From the NCBI GenBank assembly GCA_024274705.1, contig JAJSAL010000092.1, forward strand, positions 3,006 to 67,005: 64,000 nucleotides of DNA. The letters are read 5' to 3'. Shown in pieces: positions 1 through 9,600 of the stretch. This stretch comes from Spirochaetota bacterium. GTDB taxonomy: Bacteria > Spirochaetota > Spirochaetia > SPDA01 > JAJSAL01. The notes beneath the pieces are model-generated. The model saw only the letters and a list, made by a program, of their open reading frames with translations, searched no databases and was not told the DNA's origin. The translations under genes and the position numbers were made by a program. The stretch's first letter is position 1. The number at the start of each line of letters is the position of its first letter.

Positions 1-24
1 AACAGAAAACATGTCCTGATACTA

Positions 25-825
25 TTGCTCTCTTCCGTTGTCGTCCTTCTCGTTGTGGTACTGTTCATTATTCAAGAGAAAGAACCCATAGAGAAAGTGG
101 AGGAAATAGAGTCGGAAGTAGTGGAAGGGGTAACTGAGACGGCGGCTGGTACCGAAAAAATAAGCAAAGGCACCCTGTATCTGGTTATCGATGACGTGGG
201 TTACAACATGGAAGAGCTGGATCGTTTTCTCGAGCTTTCTGTACCTGTAACCTTTTCAATTCTGCCGTTCCTTCCTTTTACAGCGGAGAGTGCAGAAGCA
301 ATTAGGAAAGCGGGAAAAGAGTATATCATCCACACACCGATGGAACCATTAAACGGAGAAGATCCCGGACCCGGAGCACTGTACACATCCATGACGGATG
401 TTCAGATTGATGGTGCCCTGACAGCAATTCTGCATGAGCTTCCCGGTGCCATCGGTGCGAATAATCACATGGGTTCAAAATTCACTTCAAGCAGAGAGGG
501 AATGCTCGCCGTACTGAAGCAATTGAGGGAAAAGAGTCTTTTTTTTCTGGACAGTTATACAACTAAGGAATCTGTGGTAAGGGAAGTTGCGGAGATACTG
601 GATATGACTTACGTTAAACGGGATGTTTTCCTGGACAACACCGATGAAGCGGATGCGATCAAGGAAGAGTTTGTCAGGGGCATCCGGACCGCCGAATCTG
701 CAGGCACTGTAGTGTTCATCGGCCATGTGTGGTCTGACTATCTCCCTGAGGTTATCAGTGAGCTGTATGAAACTACCTACCGGGAGGGTCTGACTTTCGG
801 GTATGTATCAAAATTGTTTGAATAA
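25..825 (+). CDS. Divergent polysaccharide deacetylase family protein (YibQ-like), N-terminal TM segment
   Basis: Hydrophobic N-terminus (VVVLLVVVLFII). NNHMGSKFT and FLDS motifs are typical of the YibQ family. The frame is open back to base 1, so the true start may lie upstream of the window. Confidence 0.72.
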   Translation: MLSSVVVLLVVVLFIIQEKEPIEKVEEIESEVVEGVTETAAGTEKISKGTLYLVIDDVGYNMEELDRFLELSVPVTFSILPFLPFTAESAEAIRKAGKEYIIHTPMEPLNGEDPGPGALYTSMTDVQIDGALTAILHELPGAIGANNHMGSKFTSSREGMLAVLKQLREKSLFFLDSYTTKESVVREVAEILDMTYVKRDVFLDNTDEADAIKEEFVRGIRTAESAGTVVFIGHVWSDYLPEVISELYETTYREGLTFGYVSKLFE

Positions 826-834
826 GGAAGGGAA

Positions 835-1848
835 ATGATAGTTCTGGGAATAGAAAGTTCCTGTGATGAGTGTTCTGCAGCAGTGGTAGAGGACGGCAGG
901 AACATGTTAAGCAATGTTATTGCCAGTCAGATAGAATTCCACAAACCCTATTCCGGTGTTGTTCCGGAAATCGCTTCCAGGAAACATGTAGAATGGATCG
1001 CCGGTGTTGTCCAGGAGGCTTTGGACCTTGCTGATGTAACGAAGGATGATATCCATGGTATTGCCGTCACAAGCCGTCCCGGCCTGGTAGGGTCCCTCCT
1101 GGTGGGGTTGTCTTTCGTAAAAGGACTCTCATTCGCCCTGGAAAAACCCTTCGTGTCTGTGGACCACATACGGGCACACCTGTATGCTCCGCACCTTGAA
1201 TACGATATCGAATACCCCTACCTGGGTGTTATTGCATCCGGTGGACACACCATCATATGCACTGTCCGTTCGTACGATGATATTGAGATTCTAGGGACAA
1301 CAATAGATGACGCCTGCGGTGAAGCGTATGACAAAGTAGCAAAGTATTTTAACTGGGGATATCCCGGAGGTCCTGTCATCGATCGTATGGCCCAGACAGG
1401 AAACCCTAAGACGTTTTCTTTTCCCCTACCGTCTCTCCATAAGGGCGATCATCAGTATGATGTATCATATTCGGGTCTGAAAACAGCGGTGATAAACCAG
1501 CTCGATCAATTCTGGAACGGTGAAGATGAAAAATCAGACGAAAATATCGCAGCATCTTTTCAGGAGAGGGCAATAGACATGCTTGCCCGTAAAGTCGCAG
1601 CAGCCCTGGAAAATACCGGGTTGACCAGGATCGTTACAGGCGGGGGTGTTGCTGCAAATACGGAGCTCAGAAAAAAATTCAGCGCCATACCGAACTCGGA
1701 AACTCTTTTCCCTTCCATCTCCCTGTGTACGGACAACGGGGCCATGATAGCGGGAATCGGGTATCACTATCTTCAGAATAAGGGACCTTCAGATTATGCT
1801 GAATCCGTGTTTTCCAGGGTGGAAGGGTTCCGTAGAATCAATCAATAA
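835..1848 (+). CDS. tsaD: tRNA N6-adenosine threonylcarbamoyltransferase TsaD
   Basis: N-terminus MIVLGIESSCDECSAAVV and full-length Kae1/Gcp-like sequence (GGVAAN, CTDNGAMIA). Confidence 0.95.
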   Translation: MIVLGIESSCDECSAAVVEDGRNMLSNVIASQIEFHKPYSGVVPEIASRKHVEWIAGVVQEALDLADVTKDDIHGIAVTSRPGLVGSLLVGLSFVKGLSFALEKPFVSVDHIRAHLYAPHLEYDIEYPYLGVIASGGHTIICTVRSYDDIEILGTTIDDACGEAYDKVAKYFNWGYPGGPVIDRMAQTGNPKTFSFPLPSLHKGDHQYDVSYSGLKTAVINQLDQFWNGEDEKSDENIAASFQERAIDMLARKVAAALENTGLTRIVTGGGVAANTELRKKFSAIPNSETLFPSISLCTDNGAMIAGIGYHYLQNKGPSDYAESVFSRVEGFRRINQ

Positions 1849-1851
1849 ATA

Positions 1852-2826
1852 TCAAAGTGAAAACTCATCCGCGTCACCCATGAGGTCTTTTATATCCTCA
1901 TCGTCGTCGAAAAGGCGCTGTTCGCCGAAATTGAGAGATTCCATGAGCTTCTCCCGTATGAGATCGATGGATGAAGCAAAATTCGATTCCGGATGTCCGG
2001 CACAGAGAGGGGTACGTTCCACGATGGAACGGTCCACGGCATCATCATACCCGACAAAACCGATATATTCGATTTCAATTTCCAGGTTTTTTCGAACGAT
2101 GTGACGGAGCTTCGCCCCCAGGGCCAGATCGTTCTGACTTTTTCCCATATTCATAACAACCCTGGGATGAAAACCGGACAGATTTTCACGAATCACCTCT
2201 TCCGCCTCAGGTGAAAGGTGCTTTAGTTGTTCCAGAATATCGGTCAGCGTAAGATCTGAGCCTTCCAGCCGGTTCGCCATGTGCGCTTTTATGAAATTGC
2301 GTTCCTCACTCCTGGGAGGAAAACTCCTGTACAGGAGCCTGAAAATCGATGATTTGATGAAGGCGTACGCATTGAGAACGGCTGTTGTCTGAGGATTAGT
2401 TACAATGAGACCGGTGTTGCTGACCAGGAAAAAATCGATCGTGTTGAATGTCGATCCTCCCCCCAAATCGATGAGGATATAATCTGCAACGAGTTTTCCG
2501 ATCTCTGATAGAATTTTTTTCTTTTTGAAAAAAGGAAGGTTGGCAGTACCCGGGAAAAGTGTATCCCCCGGGATAAAATGGAGCTGCGGTATATCCGTGG
2601 GCACAACGAGAGATTCCAGGGACCTCCCTTTATTATAGATAACATATCCGATACCGGGATGCCTGTTCCTCACACCGAGACATGTGTGAAGATTGGATCC
2701 CCCCAGGTCCAGATCGATGAGTATAACGGTTTTACCGTGACGGGCCAGCGAAACGCCCAGGTTTGCGGCGAAGACGGTCTTTCCGACACCGCCTTTCCCG
2801 CTGGCTATAGGAATAATCGTTGTCAT
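1852..2826 (-). CDS. MinD/ParA-family P-loop ATPase with acidic C-terminal tail
   Basis: Deviant Walker A IASGKGGVGKT lies just after Met21 of the ORF (ATG at 2826-2824), so the 20-aa ORF-track extension is rejected. C-terminus DDDEDIKDLMGDADEF. Confidence 0.8.
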   Translation of the reverse strand: MTTIIPIASGKGGVGKTVFAANLGVSLARHGKTVILIDLDLGGSNLHTCLGVRNRHPGIGYVIYNKGRSLESLVVPTDIPQLHFIPGDTLFPGTANLPFFKKKKILSEIGKLVADYILIDLGGGSTFNTIDFFLVSNTGLIVTNPQTTAVLNAYAFIKSSIFRLLYRSFPPRSEERNFIKAHMANRLEGSDLTLTDILEQLKHLSPEAEEVIRENLSGFHPRVVMNMGKSQNDLALGAKLRHIVRKNLEIEIEYIGFVGYDDAVDRSIVERTPLCAGHPESNFASSIDLIREKLMESLNFGEQRLFDDDEDIKDLMGDADEFSL

Positions 2827-2897
2827 AATAAAATCCAGCATAAGGGAAGGCCTGACAAAAATCAAGAAATAAAAGTAACGGTACAATTCGGGTACAA

Positions 2898-3365
2898 TTG
2901 ACAGATGGACACATTCATATTATGATACTTCACGTGAAAGAACATGTACAGAAAGTAGCCTTGGCCTTTTCACCTTCCAGTAACGAAATGAAGGATCTGG
3001 CGGAAATCCTTGCCCGGCAGTTCGACACGAACATGTACGAAACCCGGGTGATGCCGGCGGAAAAGATCCATATTCCTGATATTACAGCCAGTTCTCTCCT
3101 TGTGTTCGGCTCAAATGAAACGGGAAAGGCATTTCAGGAAGGAGGTTTCAAGGAATTATCCCGGGCATTTACAGGCATCAGTCTTGCCGGCCGAAGTGTC
3201 CTGCTGTTTTCCTACGATTCGCCTGATGCCGTAAAGGAACTGGAAGCTGTTATCAAGGATACTGAGCTGAAAGTCGTGGGGGAACCGCTTGTGTATATGC
3301 GTAATGGGAAACCCGTGAAAGATCAAAAAGTGTCAAAACTGATAAAAGAACTTACTACACTTTAG
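2898..3365 (+). CDS. Hypothetical protein, possibly flavodoxin-like fold; start uncertain (2898 TTG, 2922 ATG or 2934 GTG)
   Basis: 155-codon ORF with a beta-alpha pattern (KVALAFSPSS...LLVFGSNETG). A TTGACA-17-TATGAT promoter-like motif at about 2896-2925 overlaps the 5' end, so a later start is plausible. Confidence 0.45.
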   Translation: MTDGHIHIMILHVKEHVQKVALAFSPSSNEMKDLAEILARQFDTNMYETRVMPAEKIHIPDITASSLLVFGSNETGKAFQEGGFKELSRAFTGISLAGRSVLLFSYDSPDAVKELEAVIKDTELKVVGEPLVYMRNGKPVKDQKVSKLIKELTTL

Positions 3366-3377
3366 ACAGGCAGAACA

Positions 3378-3914
3378 ATGAGTACAGGTACCTTTGATCT
3401 TGATACAGCCATACGGAAAATTCCGAATTTCCCGAAACCGGGTGTTTTATTCTACGATATTACAAGCATTCTTACGAATCCCGAAGCTTTTTCTTTCTGT
3501 TTTAACCAGATGAAGGAACTTTTCAGGAGCAGGCAGTTAGCCGGGATCGCTGCGGTGGAAGCAAGGGGTTTTATTTTCGCTTCACCCTTCGCTTATCTTA
3601 TGAATCTGCCTCTCGTTCTTATTCGGAAACAAGGCAAGCTTCCGGGCAAGACGATTTCCAGGAAATACGCACTGGAATACGGAGAAGCTGAAATTCAGCT
3701 CCACGTGGATGATATTACACATGGAGGGACGTACCTGCTCGTAGACGATCTTATCGCTACCGGAGGGACCCTGAAAGCTTCGGCGGAACTGATAAGAGAA
3801 GCCGGCGGTAATGTGGAGGATATTTTCGGTGTCATCGGACTCCCTTTCCTGCCGTACGAAAGCGTACTTGACGATTATGCTGTGCACACGCTGATCCAGT
3901 ATCACTCTGAATAG
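3378..3914 (+). CDS. apt: Adenine phosphoribosyltransferase
   Basis: PRPP-binding motif LLVDDLIATGGT plus length and overall sequence typical of Apt. Confidence 0.94.
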   Translation: MSTGTFDLDTAIRKIPNFPKPGVLFYDITSILTNPEAFSFCFNQMKELFRSRQLAGIAAVEARGFIFASPFAYLMNLPLVLIRKQGKLPGKTISRKYALEYGEAEIQLHVDDITHGGTYLLVDDLIATGGTLKASAELIREAGGNVEDIFGVIGLPFLPYESVLDDYAVHTLIQYHSE

Positions 3915-3931
3915 TACCGTCCATGGGAACA

Positions 3932-3960
3932 TTGACAAATAATCAAGTTTTCAGTAGATT
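3932..3960 (+). promoter_or_regulatory. Sigma-70-like promoter for the tRNA-Gln/tRNA-Glu pair
   Basis: TTGACA (3932-3937), 17-nt spacer, TAGATT (3955-3960), about 15 nt upstream of the tRNA. Confidence 0.45.
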
Positions 3961-3975
3961 ACCACAGGTTAACAG

Positions 3976-4046
3976 TGTCCGGTTGTGTAATGGTAGCACC
4001 CAAGATTCTGGTTCTTGTTGTGGGGGTTCGAGTCCTCCCCGGACAG
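3976..4046 (+). tRNA. tRNA-Gln (anticodon CTG)
   Basis: Hand-folded cloverleaf. Acceptor TGTCCGG/CCGGACA, anticodon stem CAAGA/TCTTG with loop TTCTGGT, T-loop GGGGG-TTCGAGT-CCTCC. No encoded CCA. Confidence 0.85.
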
Positions 4047-4054
4047 TCACTTAA

Positions 4055-4126
4055 GGCCCCTTCGTCTATCGGCTAGGACAGGAGATTCTCATTCTTCAAA
4101 GAGGGGTTCGATTCCCCTAGGGGCTA
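4055..4126 (+). tRNA. tRNA-Glu (anticodon CTC)
   Basis: Acceptor GGCCCCT/AGGGGCT, anticodon stem GGAGA/TCTTC with loop TTCTCAT, T-arm AGGGG-TTCGATT-CCCCT. Confidence 0.85.
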
Positions 4127-4129
4127 TAC

Positions 4130-4159
4130 AGACCGCTTTTGTAAGGCGGTCTTCTTTTT
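4130..4159 (+). terminator. Rho-independent terminator after tRNA-Glu
   Basis: Stem AGACCGC/GCGGTCT with a 9-nt loop, followed by TCTTTTT. Confidence 0.6.
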
Positions 4160-4314
4160 ATCCTGAATGAACCGGACGGATTCGGCCGTGTAATGATCGG
4201 TCAGCAATGCCTGATTCGGCACAGGTTCTTGCATTTCCCGGATAGTATACCACATTTTAAAACAAGAACCGTGACAAAAACAGAAATCTGCTCCGGCGTT
4301 TTGTTAGACGGATT

Positions 4315-4731
4315 TCATTTTTCTATGAATACCAATACCTCTAAAGCATTACAACAAACAATTGCCCCTTTATTAAAATCCTTTATATTCCTGGTTACTA
4401 TACAATCAACTTCTTCATATCTGACTGATGCTTCTATTACAGCATCTTCATAGTCGTCAATTGCTGAATTTAAGGCATTTTTTAATATTTTTTCAGTTGT
4501 AGGTATTATTGAAAAAATGTCCAAAAGTTTTGTTATTATTAATTCCCTTTTCCTTCTTGGATATTTATACTTTCCCATGAAATATGATAGCGTCGTTATC
4601 TCATGTGAGCATATGTATCCTTTTATTTTTCTTCTTTCACAGAGATCAAATATTTTAGCAGCCGATTCATGATCTTCCCGTTTATTCAATACATCAAGAA
4701 TTATATTGATATCAATTAATATTTTTTTCAT
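4315..4731 (-). CDS. PIN-domain toxin (VapC-like) of a type II toxin-antitoxin pair
   Basis: 138 aa. The start MKKILIDINIILDVL, later acidic residues (IDDYEDAVIEA) and the size fit a PIN ribonuclease. Overlaps the upstream small gene by 20 nt. Markedly AT-rich. Confidence 0.75.
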   Translation of the reverse strand: MKKILIDINIILDVLNKREDHESAAKIFDLCERRKIKGYICSHEITTLSYFMGKYKYPRRKRELIITKLLDIFSIIPTTEKILKNALNSAIDDYEDAVIEASVRYEEVDCIVTRNIKDFNKGAIVCCNALEVLVFIEK

Positions 4732-4954
4732 GGAATTCTTTTCTCATAGTTTTTTTATCCGGCAAAGGAGCATCTGACAGAATCCCATATAGTTCATTTG
4801 TTGACTGGGATAGATTATTGATACTTTTTTTCTCTTTTAAATTTTCAAAGTATTTTTCTACAATTGATGAAATTGACTGCTTTGTCTTTTTCGAATAATC
4901 ATGAGCAAATTGTATCAGGTTATCATCAATATTTAGAGTAAGTTTCTTATTCAT
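4712..4954 (-). CDS. Putative antitoxin (small DNA-binding protein) partnered with the PIN toxin
   Basis: 80-aa ORF immediately upstream of and overlapping the PIN gene. N-terminus KLTLNIDDNLIQFAHDYSKKTKQSISSIVEKYF resembles RHH/antitoxin N-termini. Confidence 0.62.
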   Translation of the reverse strand: MNKKLTLNIDDNLIQFAHDYSKKTKQSISSIVEKYFENLKEKKSINNLSQSTNELYGILSDAPLPDKKTMRKEFHEKNIN

Positions 4955-5039
4955 ACGTTCCTCTCCTACGTATGAATATAATATAATACTACGTATAAAT
5001 CAATACATTTTACGTGGAAATATCTATGATTGATACGTA
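4953..5039. promoter_or_regulatory. Cluster of TACGTA-type palindromic boxes upstream of the antitoxin (candidate operator)
   Basis: TACGTT (4953-4958), TACGTA (4967-4972, 4990-4995, 5034-5039) and TACGTG (5011-5016) within about 90 bp directly upstream of the TA operon start. Confidence 0.35.
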
Positions 5040-5167
5040 TATAGAGGAATGAACGTCTTTGTATTTTCTCTTATGTCAGCGATGTGCTTTAGTGTACCCT
5101 ACCGCCGTCTAACATATTATGTTACCTTGCCTGCGGCAGATTGTTGAAAAGGCCACGGGAAGTGAAA

Positions 5168-5326
5168 TCAAAATAGCTCTTTGAATAAGAAAAAAAACGC
5201 GCGCCCCACGCAAGGAGAACATAAGAGGCCTCCGCCGGTCTGCCCTGATGGTGTACGCGGAGAAGTAGTAAATCCGCGCAATGCCTGCGCCTGGATGATG
5301 ATCAACAGAGTTAAGAGACGTTTCAT
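5168..5326 (-). CDS. Candidate small secreted peptide (52 aa)
   Basis: ATG at 5326-5324 is preceded by GGAGG with a 6-nt spacer. MKRLLTLLIIIQAQA is signal-peptide-like. The mature part contains CSPC. No homology recognised. Confidence 0.3.
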   Translation of the reverse strand: MKRLLTLLIIIQAQALRGFTTSPRTPSGQTGGGLLCSPCVGRAFFFLFKELF

Positions 5327-5392
5327 CTCCAACCTCCACCTCTTTCTGACCGTAATATACAATAAAGAGGGAGTAAACGTACCACAGCTCTG

Positions 5393-5420
5393 TTGACTTT
5401 AAGTGTCTACCTGGTATAAA
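5393..5420 (+). promoter_or_regulatory. Sigma-70-like promoter upstream of carA
   Basis: TTGACT (5393-5398), 16-nt spacer, TATAAA (5415-5420), about 70 nt before the carA ATG. Confidence 0.4.
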
Positions 5421-5489
5421 TTGCCCGAAAGCTGGGTGTTTTCAGGAAAAAACGTTTTTTCAAAGCAGTTATATAAGCGCAGGGTTGGT

Positions 5490-6656
5490 ATGCAGCAGAA
5501 TAATGGTTTTCTCGTACTGGAAAGCGGGATGGTGTTTCCCGGAAGGTTGTTCGGGTTCCCATCGCCGTCTCCGGAAGAGCTGAAAACGGTTTCAATAGCG
5601 GGTAAATCTGCAGGTGAAGTGGTGTTCAATACCGGAATGACCGGGTACCATGAAATCCTGACAGATCCATCCTACACCGGGCAGATCGTGGTGATGACCT
5701 ATCCCCATATAGGCAATTACGGCTGTGATCCCGACTGGTCTGAGGCCGGAACGGAGAGCTCAGAGGGTACGGTAAGGATAAAAGCAGCAGGTCTGGTTGT
5801 CCGTTCATTGTATACCGGCAAGGTACCCGATTCACGTATTACCCTGGACACATTTTTAAACGACGCCATGACTCCCGGGATATCTGACGTCGATACCCGG
5901 TCTCTTACCCTGCACATCAGAGATCAGGGGAGTCTGAGAGGTGTAATTGTCAAGTCCGCCGGTTCCGGTGCAGATTTAACACCGGGTGAGGCAGCACTGT
6001 GCGGAGATTACCTTTCAGGTTTTCCGGAAATGGAAGGGAGGAACCTGGTGGCAGGAGTCGGTACGGATAAACCCTTCCGGCTGAACGAGTCCGGGAAGGG
6101 ACCGCATATTGCGCTTTTCGATTGCGGGATAAAGACAAGTATTATTCGGGAATGTACAAACCTGGACTGCGTGCTAACGGTATTTCCTTCTCATACAAAC
6201 GCAGAAAACGTGATGAAAGCACATCCCGACGCGGTACTCGTATCCAACGGACCCGGTGATCCGGCGGTTCTGCACGGCCTTATCCGGGAACTCCGGGAGC
6301 TCCTGGGAAAACTGCCGGTATTCGGTATCTGCCTGGGACATCAGATCATCAGCCTCGCCCTTTCAGCAGAGACATTCAAGATGAAATTCGGACATCATGG
6401 CGTCAATCATCCGGTACGGGACGAACTTACGGGAAAAGTATATATTACCTCTCAAAATCATGGATTCGCAGTGCGGGAGGGCTCCCTGCCTGACGATGCG
6501 GGAGTATGGTTTACCAATTGCAACGACGGTACCATCGAGGGGTTGTATCATAAAAAAATACCTGTAAAATCGGTTCAGTTTCATCCGGAATCCGCACCAG
6601 GGCCGGAGGATACAACCTGGATCTTTTCATCATTTTTCGAATCCTTAAAGAGTTAA
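5490..6656 (+). CDS. carA: Carbamoyl-phosphate synthase small (glutaminase) subunit
   Basis: The conserved CarA N-terminus begins at MQQNNGFLVLESGMVFPG (ATG 5490). Amidotransferase triad context GICLGHQ...HPE. The 29-aa ORF-track extension is rejected. Confidence 0.93.
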   Translation: MQQNNGFLVLESGMVFPGRLFGFPSPSPEELKTVSIAGKSAGEVVFNTGMTGYHEILTDPSYTGQIVVMTYPHIGNYGCDPDWSEAGTESSEGTVRIKAAGLVVRSLYTGKVPDSRITLDTFLNDAMTPGISDVDTRSLTLHIRDQGSLRGVIVKSAGSGADLTPGEAALCGDYLSGFPEMEGRNLVAGVGTDKPFRLNESGKGPHIALFDCGIKTSIIRECTNLDCVLTVFPSHTNAENVMKAHPDAVLVSNGPGDPAVLHGLIRELRELLGKLPVFGICLGHQIISLALSAETFKMKFGHHGVNHPVRDELTGKVYITSQNHGFAVREGSLPDDAGVWFTNCNDGTIEGLYHKKIPVKSVQFHPESAPGPEDTTWIFSSFFESLKS

Positions 6657-6674
6657 GGGACACAGGAGGGAGCG

Positions 6675-9600
6675 TTGCCTGCTCGACGTGATCTTAAAAG
6701 AATATTGATTATAGGTTCCGGACCGATTGTCATAGGTCAGGCATGTGAATTCGACTACTCAGGTACCCAGGCCGTAAAGGCGCTGAAAGAGGAAGGTTAC
6801 CATGTCATCCTTATCAACCCGAATCCTGCAACAGTGATGACCACACCGGGATTGGCAGACAGGATTTACATGGAGCCCCTTACCGTTCCGTATGCATCTG
6901 AAATTATCCGGCAGGAGCGTCCCGACGCTGTACTCCCCACCATGGGAGGACAGACGGGACTCAACCTTACCCTATCTCTCCATGCGGAGGGAGTGTTTGA
7001 GACGTATGGCGTTGAGGTTATCGGTGCATCTATCGACGCTATTAAACTGGCAGAGGACCGGGGGCTCTTTAAAGAAGTGGTAAGGAAGATCGGGCTGGAC
7101 ACCCCCCGCTCGGTTGCAACCACATCGGTCGAAGGAGCTCTTTCACTGAAGGAGGAGGTGGGTCTTCCCCTCGTTATCCGGCCAAGCTACACCTTGGGCG
7201 GCCAGGGCGGCAGTATCGCATACACGGAGAATGAATTCGCCTTCCTGGTGGAAAAAGCGCTGATGGAAAGTCCTGTGGGACAGGCGCTGATCGAGGAATC
7301 TCTTATCGGGTGGAAGGAATTCGAACTCGAAGTGATGAGAGACAAGGCGGACAACGCCGTCATCATCTGTTCTATCGAAAATATAGACCCCATGGGTGTG
7401 CATACAGGAGACAGTATAACTGTCGCGCCTGTTCAGACCCTTTCGGACAAAGAGTACCAGGTGATGAGAACCGCCGCTATCGGGATATTACGTGCCGTCG
7501 GGGTAGACTGCGGCGGATCGAATGTTCAGTTTGCAGTAAAACCTGAAAACGGCAGTATGGTTGTCATAGAGATGAATCCCCGGGTTTCCCGGTCATCCGC
7601 CCTGGCAAGCAAGGCGACAGGATTCCCCATAGCCATGTGTTCCGCGCGCCTTGCAGTGGGGTTCACCCTGGATGAAATAATAAACGATATTACCGGTAGA
7701 ACTGTTTCCTGCTATGAACCGGCCCTTGATTACTGTGCCGTAAAGGTGCCCAGGTTTGAGATCGAAAAATTTCCTTCCGGTTACATGGAACTGGGTACAC
7801 AGATGAAATCCGTGGGTGAGTCCCTGGCAATAGGAAGAACCTTCAGTGAAGCCATGAACAAGGCCATACGGGCGGCCGAATTCGGGTATGACGGGCTGAC
7901 CAGCCTGAATCTGCCCGATGAGGAACTGGACCGGATCATTTCAACACTCCACCCCTTACGGATCCTTGCGGCGTACACGTGGCTTGCACGGCAAGGTGAA
8001 CGGGCCATTCCGGTTATCCGCGAAAAATCCGGATACGATACCTGGTTTCTCTATCAGATGCTGTACCTGGTGCATGTAGAGAAAAACCTTACCAGGGACC
8101 TTGCCAGGGAACAGCTTATGGAGGCCAAGAGGTTTGGACTCTCGGATGAGCGGATCGCCTCTCTTATCGCCCGGGATGCCTCCTGGGTCACGGAGAAGCG
8201 GATCGCCTGGAACATCAAACCGGTGTATCATTTCATCGATACATGCGCCGGTGAGTTTGAAGCCCGGACTCCCTATTATTACTCGACCTACGGTGAAATA
8301 GATGAGGGGCAGCCGTTTACGGAAAAAGCGGTATGCATCCTTGCCAGCGGGCCCAACAGAATAGGACAGGGGCTCGAATTCGACACATGCTGTACCCTGG
8401 CCTCCCTGGCGTTCAGAAAGCATGGAGTAAAAACGATAATCATCAATTCGAACCCTGAAACCGTGTCAACGGACTACAATATTTCGGACAAACTCTACCT
8501 GGAACCCCTCACGACTGAACATGTAATGGGCGTCCTGGAAAAAGAAGGAGTTTCTGATGTTGTTGTACAGTTAGGGGGGCAGACACCGCTGAACATCGCC
8601 GATGAACTGGAGCGGAAGGGATTTTCTATTGTAGGGACCCCTGTTTCATCGATCAATGACGCGGAGGACAGAGGTCTATTTTCAAACCTGTTGAAACGGA
8701 TCGGGGTGCGTCAGCCTGTAAATCGAATGGCAGCGGCCAGGGACCAGGTATTCTCCTTAAGCGAAGAGGTCGGTTTCCCGGTTCTGCTGAGGCCTTCCTT
8801 TGTCCTGGGGGGCAGAAGTATGTTTATAGCCTATACCCGGGAAGAACTGGAAGAATTCCTTAAAAAAGGGATCACCAAAAAAGGGATCACCATATCGAAA
8901 ACAAAGCCCGTGCTGGTGGACCAGTTTCTGGAAGACGCGTTCGAATATGACCTGGACGCATTATGCGATGGAACGAATGTGTACATCGCCGGCATTATGC
9001 AGCACATAGAGGCAGCGGGTATACATTCCGGGGATTCCGCATGTGTTTTCCCACCGTTTAAGTCGGAACCGGGAATGCTGGAGGAAATGAAAGAGGCAAC
9101 CCGAAAAATAGCGGTGGAAATCGGTGTGTCCGGTTTCATCAACATCCAGTTCGCCGTAAAGGACGACGTGTTGTACATCCTGGAGGTGAATCCCAGGGCA
9201 TCCGGTACCGTCCCGTTTCTGTCGAAAGCCTCGGGCATCAACTTGGTGGAAGCCGCAGTCAGGATCTGGGGAGGGACTTCCCTGGAAGAGCAGGGGCTCA
9301 CTGTAAACGGTTTCGGCGAAGGGAAGTCTATTCTCGGCTGGGCTGTTAAAGAGGCGGTGTTCTCCTTTGAACGTTTCAGGAATGAAGATCCCCAGCTGGG
9401 ACCTGAAATGAAATCTACAGGGGAAGTTATCGGGCTGGGTGAAACCTTCGGCGAAGCCTTTGCCAAGGCACAGGCCGCGGTAGGAAGTCCCCTCCCTACC
9501 AAGGGAAAGATATTCGTGTCGGTTCACGCGAACGACCGAAAAACGATACTTCCTATCGTGAAAGAATTGATGGACACCGGGTTCGGGATTGCGGCAACCA

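Noticed and set aside
4193-4453. 86-aa plus-strand ORF after tRNA-Glu
   Set aside because: It overlaps the PIN toxin gene antisense and runs through AT-rich sequence, with no SD.
5181-5396. 71-aa plus-strand ORF upstream of carA
   Set aside because: No SD and odd basic/Pro-rich composition. It overlaps the better-supported minus-strand small ORF and the carA promoter.
5403-5489. N-terminal extensions given by the ORF track for carA, and similarly for ilvN 13540-13668, gltD 24358-24486, AOR 61516-61602, rsfS 30109-30222, spoVG 34868-34903 and the binding protein 55099-55161
   Set aside because: In each case the conserved family N-terminus begins at an internal Met with a better SD and/or a stop-start overlap. 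The extension overlaps the upstream gene or promoter.
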